A stretch of DNA of 63,414 bases, counting the filler, from Reclinomonas americana ATCC 50394 (Eukaryota), in NCBI GenBank assembly GCA_048213135.1. It is 3 parts of 3 records of this genome, joined end to end, with 100 filler letters (N's around TTAATTAATTAA, not from the genome) between each part and the next. Parts side by side here need not be neighbours in the genome. Positions count along the whole stretch, not along the records: positions 19,885 to 50,657 come from PS015587.1; 2 more parts are not named here. One strand, given 5' to 3'. The notes under the pieces are model-generated. The model was not told the origin of the DNA and did not search any database. It saw only the letters and a list, made by a program, of their open reading frames with translations. Below are positions 24,501 through 36,800 of the stretch, one piece after another. The translations under genes and the position numbers were made by a program. How positions within the stretch are numbered: the stretch's first letter is position 1; the number at the start of each line of letters is the position of its first letter.

Positions 24501-27500
24501 GAATCTGATTGCATCGCCCCTCCAGAGTGCTGCTACCAAAGTCGGTGACCTTGTTCAGACCAAAGTCCTCCAGCGACGACTTCAGCAGCTTTTGCATGGC
24601 CACCTGCGACAGTCTGCGAGCCGCACACGTCGGCAAAAGACAGATGAGAAGGCGGCGACTTCTGCTTGTTCTCATACCTCCACACCGCCTTGGCAGCACC
24701 CTCTTCCAGCGCATCCAACACATCGTCCATGCACTCTGATCGCGGCGCACCATTGTTCAGAGAGAAGCAAAGCAGGTAACAACACCAACAGCAGCAGCTC
24801 TCTCACCTTCACCGCGTCTGTCACACTCGGCCACGAGGCAACGCAACACACAATGAAACAGCTCGGCGACTGGCTCCAACAGCACAGGAGCGCGCGCATC
24901 AAAGCATTTGTCGAGTGCGACCGGCGGCGATGCAGTGGGCGTGACCACCGTCAGCAACTACCACACGAGTCGGTCAGAACGAGGGCGTACGACGAGCACA
25001 GCACGACACAGACAATGCACCTGCGTTCGCAGCAAGTCGAAAATGGTCTCCGCCAGGTGCGGCTTGGCGACGCACACGTCGGCCAGGCCGCGATACACTC
25101 GACTGCGAACCTCAGACTGCTGCGTCAGGCAGCGGCGCATGAATGCTGGCGAGGAGAAAAGAACACCCACTGTGAATCGCCCGTGCCGACCGACCGTGTG
25201 GCGAGTGCACGACGCAACTGATGAGCTCGAATTCGGCCGCCGGATCCAACGAGCGCCCACTTGGTTGCACTGCGCTGCCGCCCACATTGGCCGGCTCACG
25301 CGGCACCACTTTTTCCATGCACAGAAGTGAGTACTTGCTCCTTCAAGGTCTCCTCCTCCAATCACAACTCACCACCGCTGGAGGAGTCCTCGAGCAAGAT
25401 GAAGAACCCACCAATCGCAGTAAGCCGGCCCTCCAGGTCACTAGAAGCATGAGCATGATGATGAGGGGAAGAGAGCGGAGGGAGCATCAATCACGACAAA
25501 CACGCACACGCACCGACTGTACATGGCCTTGCGCAGCACAAGCACGGTGAAATCAAAGAGCTCAGCATTCAGCGGCGTCAGCGTGCACAGCGCGCGCAGC
25601 AGCATGCCGCCCAGGTCAGAACCGAGAATGCCAACGTACTCGAGCAGCTCCTTTAGCTGCGCACATCCACACGAGATTACACAGAGAAGACCAAGGACCA
25701 GTGACGACATTCGTTTCCGACTGAGTACCTTGGCAATCCGATGCAAGAAGAACGCGGGTCGTTGCGTGACCAGAGTGTGCAGCAGGTGGAGTGACGGAAG
25801 AACACCACCCTCTTTGGTGGCAATTCGATTGATGATGCCCTCCAAAATCTCCAGTTGAACCTGCTCAGTCAAGAAGAAAGAAGTGAGTGTCAGGCGCTCC
25901 GGCAGGCAAGAATGCAACAGCCGACACGCAACGGCATCGTGCTGGTGAAAGAGTGCGGCAAGAACACGCGTGCCGATCTGCGCCTGCGGTGTCAACGGAA
26001 CCATCGACGGCTTGCTCATGTCTGGCGCAGCGGGCATGATGAGACACGACAGCAACGCGGATACTACTCAGTCTACGAGCCCATTACCTTTTCGTAACAC
26101 CATTGTGTCTGCGAGAGCGAATGCCAGCGCAATCACCGACGCCGTCAGCGTCTCCCAGCCGGCCGATGAGTTCTCGACCAGCGACTCCCACACGCGGCCG
26201 AGCACCGGCACCAAGGTTGGCTGACTGCAAATGCCCTTGAAAAAGTCGAATACCTGCGTTGTGATGATGATGGGCGTGTGAGTCGCAGCAGCAGTGCAAC
26301 AATAAGCGAAGGCGCGCAGATCGGTCGCAACCAGTTGAGAGGATCGCGGTGTGCGCGACATGGCGAGCAGGGCGGCCACAGAGAACAGCGACAAGACATT
26401 GTCGTGCTTCATGTACTTGATCGCGTCTTGAGCCAGATCCTGCATGGTGTGTGTGTGCGCTGTGAGCCTATTTCCGCGCCGTGGATCAGACGCACACCAA
26501 CAGACCGCATCGTGCTTCGACGCCGTGTCCAAATGCAACAGCACCGTGCCCTCGGCCTGCCGCAGTCGTTCCATCTTGCGCTCGGCGGCTTCGTCCTTGA
26601 ATCTGCGCGCCGGCGACGAATCGAGTGAGCGCAGAGTTCGGAAGCACGAGAGGCACCGTGTGCGACACACCGCTGCTTTGCGAGCTCGTTTTCCCGCTTG
26701 TCGAACTCGGTGATAATCAGGCGCAACGTGTGCACCTTCAAACCCTGCACCAACATGCATCGCCAGCCACCAACACGCGCATGAGAGACAAAATCGATAA
26801 CCAAGTGGGATGGTTTCTTTTTTTCAGCAAACATGCCTTGCTGGCGAGACGCAGACTCTGATACACAATCGGTGGCAAGTCGTCGATGCGCGCGTCGTGC
26901 AGCGCCCTACACGGTGCACAGTGGTCAGACACTCCCTCCCTCACTCACACATTTCGCGGTCTGGTGCACCATCACCACCACGCAACTCCTTGACTTTCTT
27001 GCTGACCACGGCGTAGTGCTGGTCGTCGCTCATCGGCACCTCGCGCATCACCTCGATCAGTTTGGGCGCCAGTTGTGGCGGCCACTTTTGATCGTTCAGC
27101 ATTTCCAGGAACTGGTTGAGGTCGGCACCGGCTGGGGAGGGCGGGAGAGAAGGGGGGAAAGAAGGGAGGGAGAGAGGAGACAGTCAGCAAAGGCAGCAAA
27201 AGAGCAATTGCAGCGACAAGAAAGAAGAAAAAGAGAGTAGCAAAGAAAGAGTGCGAGAGAAAGAAGAAAGAAAGAAAGAACGAAAGAACAAAGCAGAGCT
27301 CTAGAGAGAGAAAGAAAGAGTGTACGTAGAGAGAGAAAGAAAGAGTGTACGTGTGCAGAGAGTGTGCGTGAGAGAGACAGAAAGAAAGAAAGAAAGAAAA
27401 GGAATGTGACCGCTCTTCACTTCGCTCGCCTCTTCTCTCGATACTCTCTTCTCTTCTTCCCTATCACGCACCACGCTTGCCACACTCTCGATGATGAATG

Positions 27501-27914
27501 ATTTGGAGGGCACGTGGCAGCAGATCCAGAAACTTGACACTGCCTCCGGCCTTGTGCGGCAGATCCCTGATCATCGACGACGTCATCTCGCGCACCACGT
27601 CCACGTGCAACAGATCCATCTGCTCAGCGTGCAGCAATCAGAGCCGCGCGCGCGCAGACGACGTCGCCAGTGCGTTTTGCTCACCTTGTCGACAAANNNN
27701 NNNNNNNNNNNNNNNNNNNNNNNNNNNNNNNNNNNNNNNNNNNNNNNNNNNNNNNNNNNNNNNNNNNNNNNNNNNNNNNNNNNNNNNNNNNNNNNNNNNN
27801 NNNNNNNNNNNNNNNNNNNNNNNNNNNNNNNNNNNNNNNNNNNNNNNNNNNNNNNNNNNNNNNNNNNNAAGGAAGGAAGGAAGGAAAGTAGAAAGGAAGT
27901 ACATCACACACACA

Positions 27915-27966
<52 letters not shown>

Positions 27967-28294
27967 CTCGCTTCATCTCCCTCTCCCTCACACACACACC
28001 AGCATCAATCACCGCTCTCGTGGCCTCCATCACCGCCTGCACACGCCGCGCATGCGACACACTCGTCGCCGCACGATCACGATCACTCGGCGAACCCTCA
28101 CCACCACCACCACCTCCACCTGTCGCACTCGTGTACACCGCAAAGAACTCCTTGGCCGAGCACTGCAACAACCGCCGCCCAAGCACACCCACCCCCCCAC
28201 TCTCATGCTGACCAAGAGCAGCCGCGGGAGGCGGAGGCGGCGGCGGCTCATACAGCAGCTCCATCAGTGAAAGTGACGCACTCGCATCGCCCAT
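21583..28294 (-). CDS. FANCI: Fanconi anemia group I protein (many small exons)
   Basis: FLDLLPRALQII; W..QLAPKLIEVMREVPM; DDLPPIVYQSLRLASK; EGTVLLHL; LVLRKAMYSR; RRCLTQQSEVRSRVYRGL; C-terminal VPNLIFHIEQFERHLIRVTK..VDLMRYFKRSTIRDFRIK followed by an acidic tail. All are characteristic FANCI blocks in the expected order. Confidence 0.93.
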
Positions 28295-28352
28295 GCTCTC
28301 TCACTCTCTTCCTGCAAAACACGAGGGGTTTCCATCAAAATGCGGGAGGACA

Positions 28353-28536
28353 AATGCGACTCGCGCAGTGCAAATTGTCACTTTGATCGATGCATGATGC
28401 AGTGCGGCGCCGGCTGGGTGTGGCGATACAACACCATAGAGAGTGCATTGTGCGCAGCTGCAGACATCAGCATAATCGCAAGACAATTCAAAGTGAAGAC
28501 AATGCGACTCGCGCTCCGTGGATTGTCACTTTGATC
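28353..28536. promoter_or_regulatory. Duplicated bipartite motif in a bidirectional promoter region
   Basis: AATGCGACTCGCGC-N7-ATTGTCACTTTGATC at 28353-28388 and 28501-28536, between divergent ATGs at 28294 and 28567. The regulatory role is inferred. Confidence 0.5.
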
Positions 28537-28566
28537 AATCCCTTTCTTTGTTGCTTTGTTGCGCGC

Positions 28567-31500
28567 ATGCACGATGATGATCACGAGTCGCTCGACGCGC
28601 TTTGCTTCAGTGTCGGTCGTGTAAGTGAGTCTCGCCTTTTTGATTTCGCATGCGTGTGTTGGTATTTGTGTCACTTTTGTGTGCTCATTGTGCATATACA
28701 GTGCGCTGCTCCGACGATGCTCTTGTTGGTTCCGCGTGCATTCTGCAGTATTTGAGTGCAGAGGATGGTGTGTGTGTGAGAGAGAGAGAGTCGGTGAGCG
28801 CATTGTTGACTGAGTTGTATTCATATCTTTCTCTTTTTTTTTGCCATAGTGATGTTGATGTTGCTGTTGGGCGGGGAGATCGACGGTGACGATGCGCGAA
28901 TCGAGTTCGACATTGAGGGCGGTGTGAGCGGCGATTGTGGTCTGTGTGCGTGAGTTGTCTGACTGCGTTGGTTGTCACTCAGTTGTGTGTGTGTCAGAGG
29001 TAATTGACTTCGATCAGCTGGACGTTGTGTGTGAGGGTGGTGGTGCGGTGCAGCTGCTGGCGCCTGTACGGCCGTTGTGTGCACACTGTTCACATCAGTG
29101 GTGAGTCTCACTTTTCACAATCTTGTTGACTTGTCTCACTCATGCTCTCTCTCCTCCCTCCCTCTCTTCTCTTGTGCTCACTTGCGTCGAGAAGGCGTTC
29201 ATCCACATTACGACCGCCGGTGATCTCCTGCCTGTGTTCGTCGGCACTGTCTGCCGGCCAGCCGCTCTTTGCTGTGACACCGTGGTGTTCGCGACGCGAG
29301 TCGGCCAAGCTGCTTCCGTGTCGTGTCTTGGAGGTGTGGCTCCTGCTCCCGTCTTCCTACTTGTGTTTGCAGCGCACCCACACATTACCTCGCTTGCAGC
29401 ACGAAGCAGGATTGGCTCTTCTTGCGCACCATGTGCCGCCAGAGGTGCGTTGCATCGGTCCCGATTGCAGCGTTGCACCGGCCGTGGTGTTTGACGCCGC
29501 TGGCCGCTTTGTTGGCGTTGCGTCGCTCAGTCTGTGCTGCTGCTGCTTTGCAAATGCACCGCATTGACGAATGCCCCATCAGATCTCTCCTCTGCGTGAG
29601 GGGACAGCGTCGTCGTATGCGGACATGGCGCGCCTCACCGAATCCACGCTGAGTCACATGACGGTGTTGAAAGCGCCTGTTCCACTCGACTGTTGCGTCA
29701 TTGCGAGGCGACGTTCTTGCTGCTTCTTGCTTGCCACTGATATTCGCCCGTTCTCCAGGGCCGCCACAGGGGAGATTTTGCCGCATTCCACTCCATTCCT
29801 GTGCACTGATAAAGTGCTTGGATCACATAATGCAGGGTGGGTCACCGTCGACAAGGAGTGAGCGAGTGGCGCTTTATGTAATGTCTCATCTTCGTGGCGC
29901 AGATTACCCCGACCCAGACACGTGCCCCGCACTCGACAAGCGGTGCTGCTTTCTCATCAACTACATGACTCGCAATGCATACTGCCTGTGGTCCATCACC
30001 GACAGGTATTGATTGCACCGTTGTGTTGTCGCGCGTCTGTCACTCATTCGATGTGCAGCCAGGAATCCCGTGCACTGTTTCTCACTCTCTTGCGATGCAC
30101 TCGCCACTTTGTCATGAAGAGTTGCGTCAACATGAGGCGCCATTTTCCCTTTCCATCGAGCGACCTCATCGCCTCCTCGCAGTCTCCAATGCCGTTCCAT
30201 TCAACTCGGTCGAGGTCGAAGGCAATCTGTGTCTGCACCAGATACTCGTGCACTCGCTACTGGTGACCGATGTCGGCGCCGACATTGTGGCTGAGGCGTG
30301 CGGTCTGCTGGCGTGCATGGCTCGCGATGGTGAGTGTGTGTATCAGTTGGTAACGGCGGCGGCGGCGGCGGTGAACGATTGGTGAACGTGGAATGCGATG
30401 CAGAGCCGAGAACTCTGATACATGAGCTGTCGTGGTGCGGCGAGGACGGTCGCACCGTCAACGCGTGTGATGTGATTCTCGATCAGATGGAGCGGCACGT
30501 GCGCGACCCGTGGGCCGCCGAGATGTGCTGTTTTCCGCTCGGCAATATGCTTCTCAGCGGTTAGTTTTTCTGTTCGATGTGTGCAAGATAGCATCGGACT
30601 GAGAGTGTGTGCGTGGCAGATGGTGCGCATCTGAGGGTCTCTCACTGGCGCGATGGCAAGGCAACGCAAATGCTCTGCAGCGCGATGCGGTACCATGCCG
30701 GTCAGCATCCGCGCGTCGGAGCTCGTGTCTGCGTCGTCATCGGCAACATGATTATCGACAAGAGTTTCGTCTGTTGCTGTGTAAATCGCTTCCACCGACT
30801 GCGATCGTGACGTACTTATTGATCGCTCCGCAGCTGCGCCGATAACCTCGGCACTCTTTCACTGGAGTGATGAAGACGGAAGCAAGTTCGAGGACATTGT
30901 GCTGGATCTGATGCATCGATTTCCCGGCGACCAGTTCTTGGTGGAGCGTGCGTGCTTTGCGCTGGCGAATGCGTATCGAGGTCAGTGCTGTTTTGTCGCA
31001 CGGTGCTGTGACGGAAAGAGTGTGCAGAGGGGAGTGAGGAGATGGGAGGCAGTTTGGTACTGGTACTCTCGCTCTCCCCCTCTCGCTCTCCCCCTCTCGC
31101 TCTCCTCCTCTCGCTCTCCTCCTCTCGCTCTCCCCCACTCGCTCTCCCTCACTCACTCTCCCCTTCTCGCTCTCCTCTTGCCTTCCCCCTCTCGCTCTCT
31201 CCCTCTCGCTCTCCCCTTCTCGCTCTCCCCTTCTCGCTCTCCCCCACTCACTCTCCCCTTCACGCTCTCCCTCTCTCGCTCTTCCCCTCTCTCCCTCTCA
31301 TTTTTCTCATCCTTTTCATCTCGCAGCCTGGTTCGACTTTCTACCGCGACCCACTCTTCACCTGCGAACCATTCACGTCTTGCTGGAGTGTCTGCGTCGG
31401 TGCTCGCTGATTGCCGCGGAGATCGAGATCCTCTCGTCCCTGCTGCACATATTAAGAGGTGTGGCCGTGTTTTCATGTGCCTGCTTCTCACTCACGACTG

Positions 31501-32106
31501 ACTTGCTTCGTGTGCACAGCTGGTACATATTCCGCAACGATGCATCCCCTTCCTCTCACTTCTAACAACCGCATGCGTGTGCAGGTGAATCCCTTGCCGA
31601 TTTTGCTTCGTGGACGAGCGAGGTTCGTCGTATCGCTCTCTCTCCTTCTCCTTCTCTTCCCAGGCTTAAGTTGATTGTGTATATGTATGCAGGGAGACGA
31701 TGGTCTGCGAGTACTCTGTCGCTCTCTGCGCTCCAACTTGCGTGATCGTACCATTGCGCGTGACTGCGTGCAAGCGTTGCTGCTGGTCAGCAGAGTCGGT
31801 GCGTTTTTTTGGCCACCCTCTCTGTCCTCGTTTGTCTACGGGATGGCATTCACGATTGCGCGCGGTGCAGAGCCCATGAAATCGGATCTGCGTGAACACG
31901 GCACGTCGCGCTACTTTGGTGGCCATGCTCTCATACGCGAGGCGGCCTCGCTGCATTACGGCCGGCAGGAGCTGGTGGTTGACGATCACGATGACACCCT
32001 GCTACTGGAAAGAGTCCGTCGTGGTGAGGATATGGGCGGCAACGACGAGGAGGACTCTATGGACGAGCCCGACGACGACGACGACGACGAGTTCGATGAT
32101 TTGTGA
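28567..32106 (+). CDS. Multi-exon armadillo-like repeat protein with a possible degenerate trypsin-like N-terminal domain
   Basis: ARM-like blocks VAEACGLLACMA, VILDQMERH...CCFPLGNM, LCSAMRYH...VCVVIGNM and VLDLMHRFPGDQFLVERACFALAN. N-terminal SVGRV..GSACIL and PAVVFDAAGRFVGV. Acidic tail and TGA 32104-32106. Confidence 0.6.
31066..31295 (+). repeat. Intronic ~15-bp minisatellite (CTCTCGCTCTCCCCC-like)
   Basis: Tandem degenerate CTCGCTCTCC units inside a GT-AG intron of the ARM-like gene. Confidence 0.8.
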
Positions 32107-32595
32107 TTGACCGCTTCGCGGACTGCAAACATTGATTCCTCCGTGGAATGGGCAACGTCAAGTCAAATGGCACTCTGTGGCCTCGACACCTCGACATGGT
32201 GTCACGAAGGCCGTGCAAGCCGGCGCCGCACATCAATGCGCACGTCGTCGTCGACTCGTCATCGACGTTTTGACACGTCCTGCAGACAACTTGAAAGTGA
32301 AGTTGGCGCTCTGTCACTGCGTTCTCCGTGTGTTCGTCGTGCGTCACGTTGTACGTGCGTGCGTGTGCGTGTGTGTCGACGACAGCAAATGTCTCGTCAA
32401 CAGCGATTACCATTGTCGTGCGAAGTGGTTGCGTCACACAAGCGCATGGGCGGATGTTGTCGACGACGCCGTCACGCCGCCGATCGCCGGAGAGAGAGCA
32501 TGGTGCGCACACTGAAAGAGCGAGAGTAGTCGAGTCGAGTGAGAGAGAAGCAGGGACATTGTTGTTGTCGATGACTTTTCTCGTCAAAATGTGTG

Positions 32596-33799
32596 ATGAG
32601 AAGAAAACTAGCCGTTGCTGAATCATGCAAAGTTTTTGCCGCTCAACATTGCTCTCTCTCCCTCGCTCGCTCGCAGACTGTTCTTCTCTCCTTCTCCTTG
32701 TTTGTGGTGTTGCTGGCTGCGATGGCACACGGGGACGATGTGGCGCGGGATCCATCTGTGGAGCCACTGGTGATCAACAATTTCGAGTTGTACGGACCAG
32801 AGGGCGTCAGACACGCACTGATGCAGTTCACGCGCGCTGGTGTGTCGACACTTGTGTCGAGGAAAAAGAGCGTCGAGGCGAATGAGTGGATGCGCTCGGC
32901 TGTGGTGCGTAGCGTCAGCATGCGGCCGCGCCTGCTGGCGCTGCGGCGACCCGCCGAGGCCTCGGAACAAATGCGTCAGCGAATCGTGTCGGTGCTGCGT
33001 GAGGTCAGCAACTGCCGTAGCATATCCATTCCCACTCTCGCTTTCTTTCTCACGCACTATCATGTGTCTGTGTTGCAGAGCATGGGCACTGTGGAGAGTG
33101 CACGACAAGTGCGCGATCAGGATTTCACGGTGGCCTACGTTCCCGAGGTAAGAACAGGCGTGTGCGGGTGGCATGGTGGGGATGGTGCCTGATCTCACCT
33201 CGCTCGTCTGTAGAACGGCTACATGCTGCACTGCAGCGACGAGGCAGTGGCGCTCCTGCGGCGCCGACTCGGCACCGACCTGGCATTCATCACCGAATTC
33301 ACCGAGGCCTTCAAGGCCACTCCGAGTGTGGCAGCCGATCCTCGACTGCAAGTACGTGAGCTCTTGCTGCGACGTGGCGAACCATGGGAACACAGCTTCG
33401 CACTGCGCTCGCAAGTGCCCCTCAGCGACGACGACCGTGTCGATTATCATTGTGCGCTCATTGTTCAAGTGCTGCGACACCCCGACGACTCGACAGCCGA
33501 GGAGTTTGCCACGCTGTTGCAGCAGTCACTCAGTGCCGCTGGCTACGAAGGTGTGTTGCTCGTTGTCGTCGTGCCCTCTTGCCACGGCTGTTCACCCTGG
33601 ACTCACACCGGTTGGCCTTGTGCAGTGCGGTACTTCACGGTGGTGTCCGATCAGTTCATCTGGCTGTACTTTGCGCAGTTCAGCGATCTGCCAGAGGCGT
33701 TTCAGTATCTGCTTGCCGTTCCGCGCATCATCTGGGTTGAGGTTGGTGGGGGCGAAAGAGAGGGAGAGAGAGAGCTGAGAGACACGAGAGCTGAGAGAG

Positions 33800-33835
<36 letters not shown>

Positions 33836-36800
33836 TTGAGGGTGGTGTACGTCTCAACACACTCTCTGCCAATCGTTGCGCACAGTTTCAGCCGTACTAC
33901 TCGAAGAACAACCTCGGCTCCAAGGTCACCATCCAAACAGGACCCTTACAGACGTCGCCGTTTGATGGCATTCTCGACGGCGAGGGGCAGCTGATAGGTT
34001 CGTCTTCACACACACGACGCCGTGCTGGTGAACGCCAGCTGATTTGATCGCACGACGACAGGTCTCGCCGACTCGGGTCTGGATGAGCGCAGCTGCTACC
34101 TGATCGACAACACGACGCCTGTCACAAGGATTCCGTACGCCAATCCCAACTTGAATGTCTCGACCTCTACACACCGCAAGATTCATGTCTACGTCACCAA
34201 TGTCGGTGCGTCTGGCACACGATACTCGTTTCTTGTGTTGGCGGTGGTGGCTCACTAGCAATGCAGACTCGAAAGACGATCAAGATGGACACGGCACACA
34301 TACTGTTGCGTTGGTCGATCTCTTCTTCTTTCTTCCCTCGATGGCATGCTGTGCCTAACATTCCCAATAGTCTGGCATTATTGCCGGCAACGCGACGGCC
34401 TCCAGCGCAACACTGGCTACACGAAACGGCATTGCACCAAACTCACGACTGGTGTTTCACGACCTGGGATGCACGGCTGGAGTTGCGCCACTGGTGGCGA
34501 GAGTTGTATTGCTCGGTACCGAGAGTGCTCACCTTGATTCAAACAGGGCTCTGCGTGCGCATGCGGAACGTCCTCTTCATGTCCATCGTCACTGGTACTA
34601 CTCTTCTGCTTGCATCTGATTCACGCTCCATCATTTATCTTTACGTGCACGCAGACGGCGCTGTACCCCGGAAGCGATGTGCGCAGCTACATGCTCAATC
34701 ACATTACACGGGTGTGTGTGTGGATATTGTGCTGCATGTCTTTCACAACTCGTCTCTCACTGCGTTTTCCTGGTGCGCAGAACGGGTGCGAAAGTATTGC
34801 TTCATTTTTGATTGTGCTCACCTGGTTCTCACATTACTGTCACCTCTTGCACGAAATAGCGGCTTCATTACTGTCAACGGGTGCGCGATTGCTGGGGCTC
34901 ACATGCATGTCGCAGTTTGCAGTTACTCAAACAGGCACTTCGCTTCACAGATGGTTGTCTTCCGGCACCAGCTACGACATCTCAACGCTGGTGATTGACT
35001 CGTATCTCTCGAGTTGAGTGGGGAGAGTTGGCTGTTTTCGTATCATGCCTGCGCTCACTCTTCGCATTATGCTCTCGCCAGATATCGACGGCACGTACCC
35101 AGATGGCAAGGTGCCCTTCTTGTCGCGTGGTCTACTTGACATTTACAGATCCAACACTCACGCTCTCGCTCTCTCTCATCGTCGCCAGTCCCACCTTCTC
35201 GTGTTCCCAACCGGCAATGCCGGCACAGCGGCATCTTCGGTGAATGCACCCGCTGTGGGCAAGAACGTGTTGTCGGTGGGAGCCATTCGCTCGGCCATGA
35301 ACAACAACGGTCTCCAATTCTCACCGACCATTGTTGCGTACCATGGTGTCATCCAGTTTTCTTTTCATCATCGGCCACTCACCCAATCTGCAGGACGACA
35401 TGGCGTACTTTTCCGGTCGAGGTACTCGCTGCGGTCTCACAATGGGCTGTCGGTTTCACCCACTCATCATCTATATCAACCATCACAGGCCCCATCTCGG
35501 ATCGACGATATGGACCGCAGGTAGTGGCCGTCGGCATGTTTGTGGACTCGGCGAGAGCACAAGCCAGTGCGGCCAATGCCTGCGGCTCGGGCACTGCTGC
35601 GAACCGTGCGTTTTTCGCAACTGTATTTAATCGTGCACGTTCATGCGCACTGCTCACACTCACGTGTGACAGTTAATGATCTGTCCGCACATGTGGTGAC
35701 AACCATGGGAACGAGTCACGCAGCTGCAGCTGTCGGTTCCATGGCTGGTGTGTTTGCTTGTGTATGCTTAGAGGCGCTCAACTGCATTTTGTTGATCCGC
35801 GTCTCCCGCGCGCAGCACTGCTGCGACAGTACCTCTCACGCAGCTACCCGTGGGCGCCAAACACCGGCGTGAATCCGGCGGCTGTGCCCATCGCCAAGCC
35901 GGCGTCATCACTCATGCGGGCCCTAATTATCTGCTCCGCCGTGCGACTGGCCAACACCGGCAAGTATGGAGGCACTTATCGTACGTACTGCAGAGTTGCT
36001 TCGGCTGAGCACCGCATGCGACTCACGATAAACGCATCTTGGCAGCCAACATCAATCAGCTTACCATTGGCGCGCTGGCTCTGGAGCGCAACAAGTCGGA
36101 ATTGTTTGGTATGTTGGAATGCAGTTGTTACGGATGTCTAAGACATCCAGCTAGCTTGCTGATCACTCCGGCGGTGTCAGGTTTCGGTCGTGCACAGCTC
36201 AACACGATTCTCTCACCCACCGGCCTCAGTCCGCGCTTCTTGGTGTTGGAGCACGAGAGTACACGACTGTCGGTGACTGATCCGATTGCCGGGCCGTGGC
36301 CTAATGCTGCACGCTATCGATTCGTGGTCAGCAGTACATCGTCGGTACGCTGCCGACCATATGGATTCATCTTGCACTTTATCGCACAACTCAATCACTA
36401 TGTCTCTCCCTCAGGTCTCCCTCACTCTGGCCTGGTCGGATTACAGTCCCGCGTCGCCTTCTGTGGCCAACAACATTGCCACGGGTTCCCTTGTGTCGTT
36501 ACGTGCAATTAAGGAATAGGATGGCTTGGTAGGCAATCGCTGACGTCTCTCTCTCACAGAGATCTCAATCTCATGGTCTTTAATAACACGGACTTTGAGA
36601 TCGGCCGCGGCAATGTGCAATACGGACTGCCTGTGGGCGTGCGTTACATTCCACTGTGTGTGCATGTGCGACTCTCGCACCTGTGCGCTCAACCTCCTCT
36701 CCTTCAAACAGACCAACAATGTGTCGCCGTCGACGGACACATTTGACACTCGACACACCCACGAGAAAGTGGCGCTCTCCAACTTGGCACCAGGAACCTA

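Noticed and set aside
32107..32595. Small overlapping ORFs between the ARM-like and subtilase genes
   Set aside because: They have no recognisable motifs or consistent exon structure and are probably UTR or promoter sequence.
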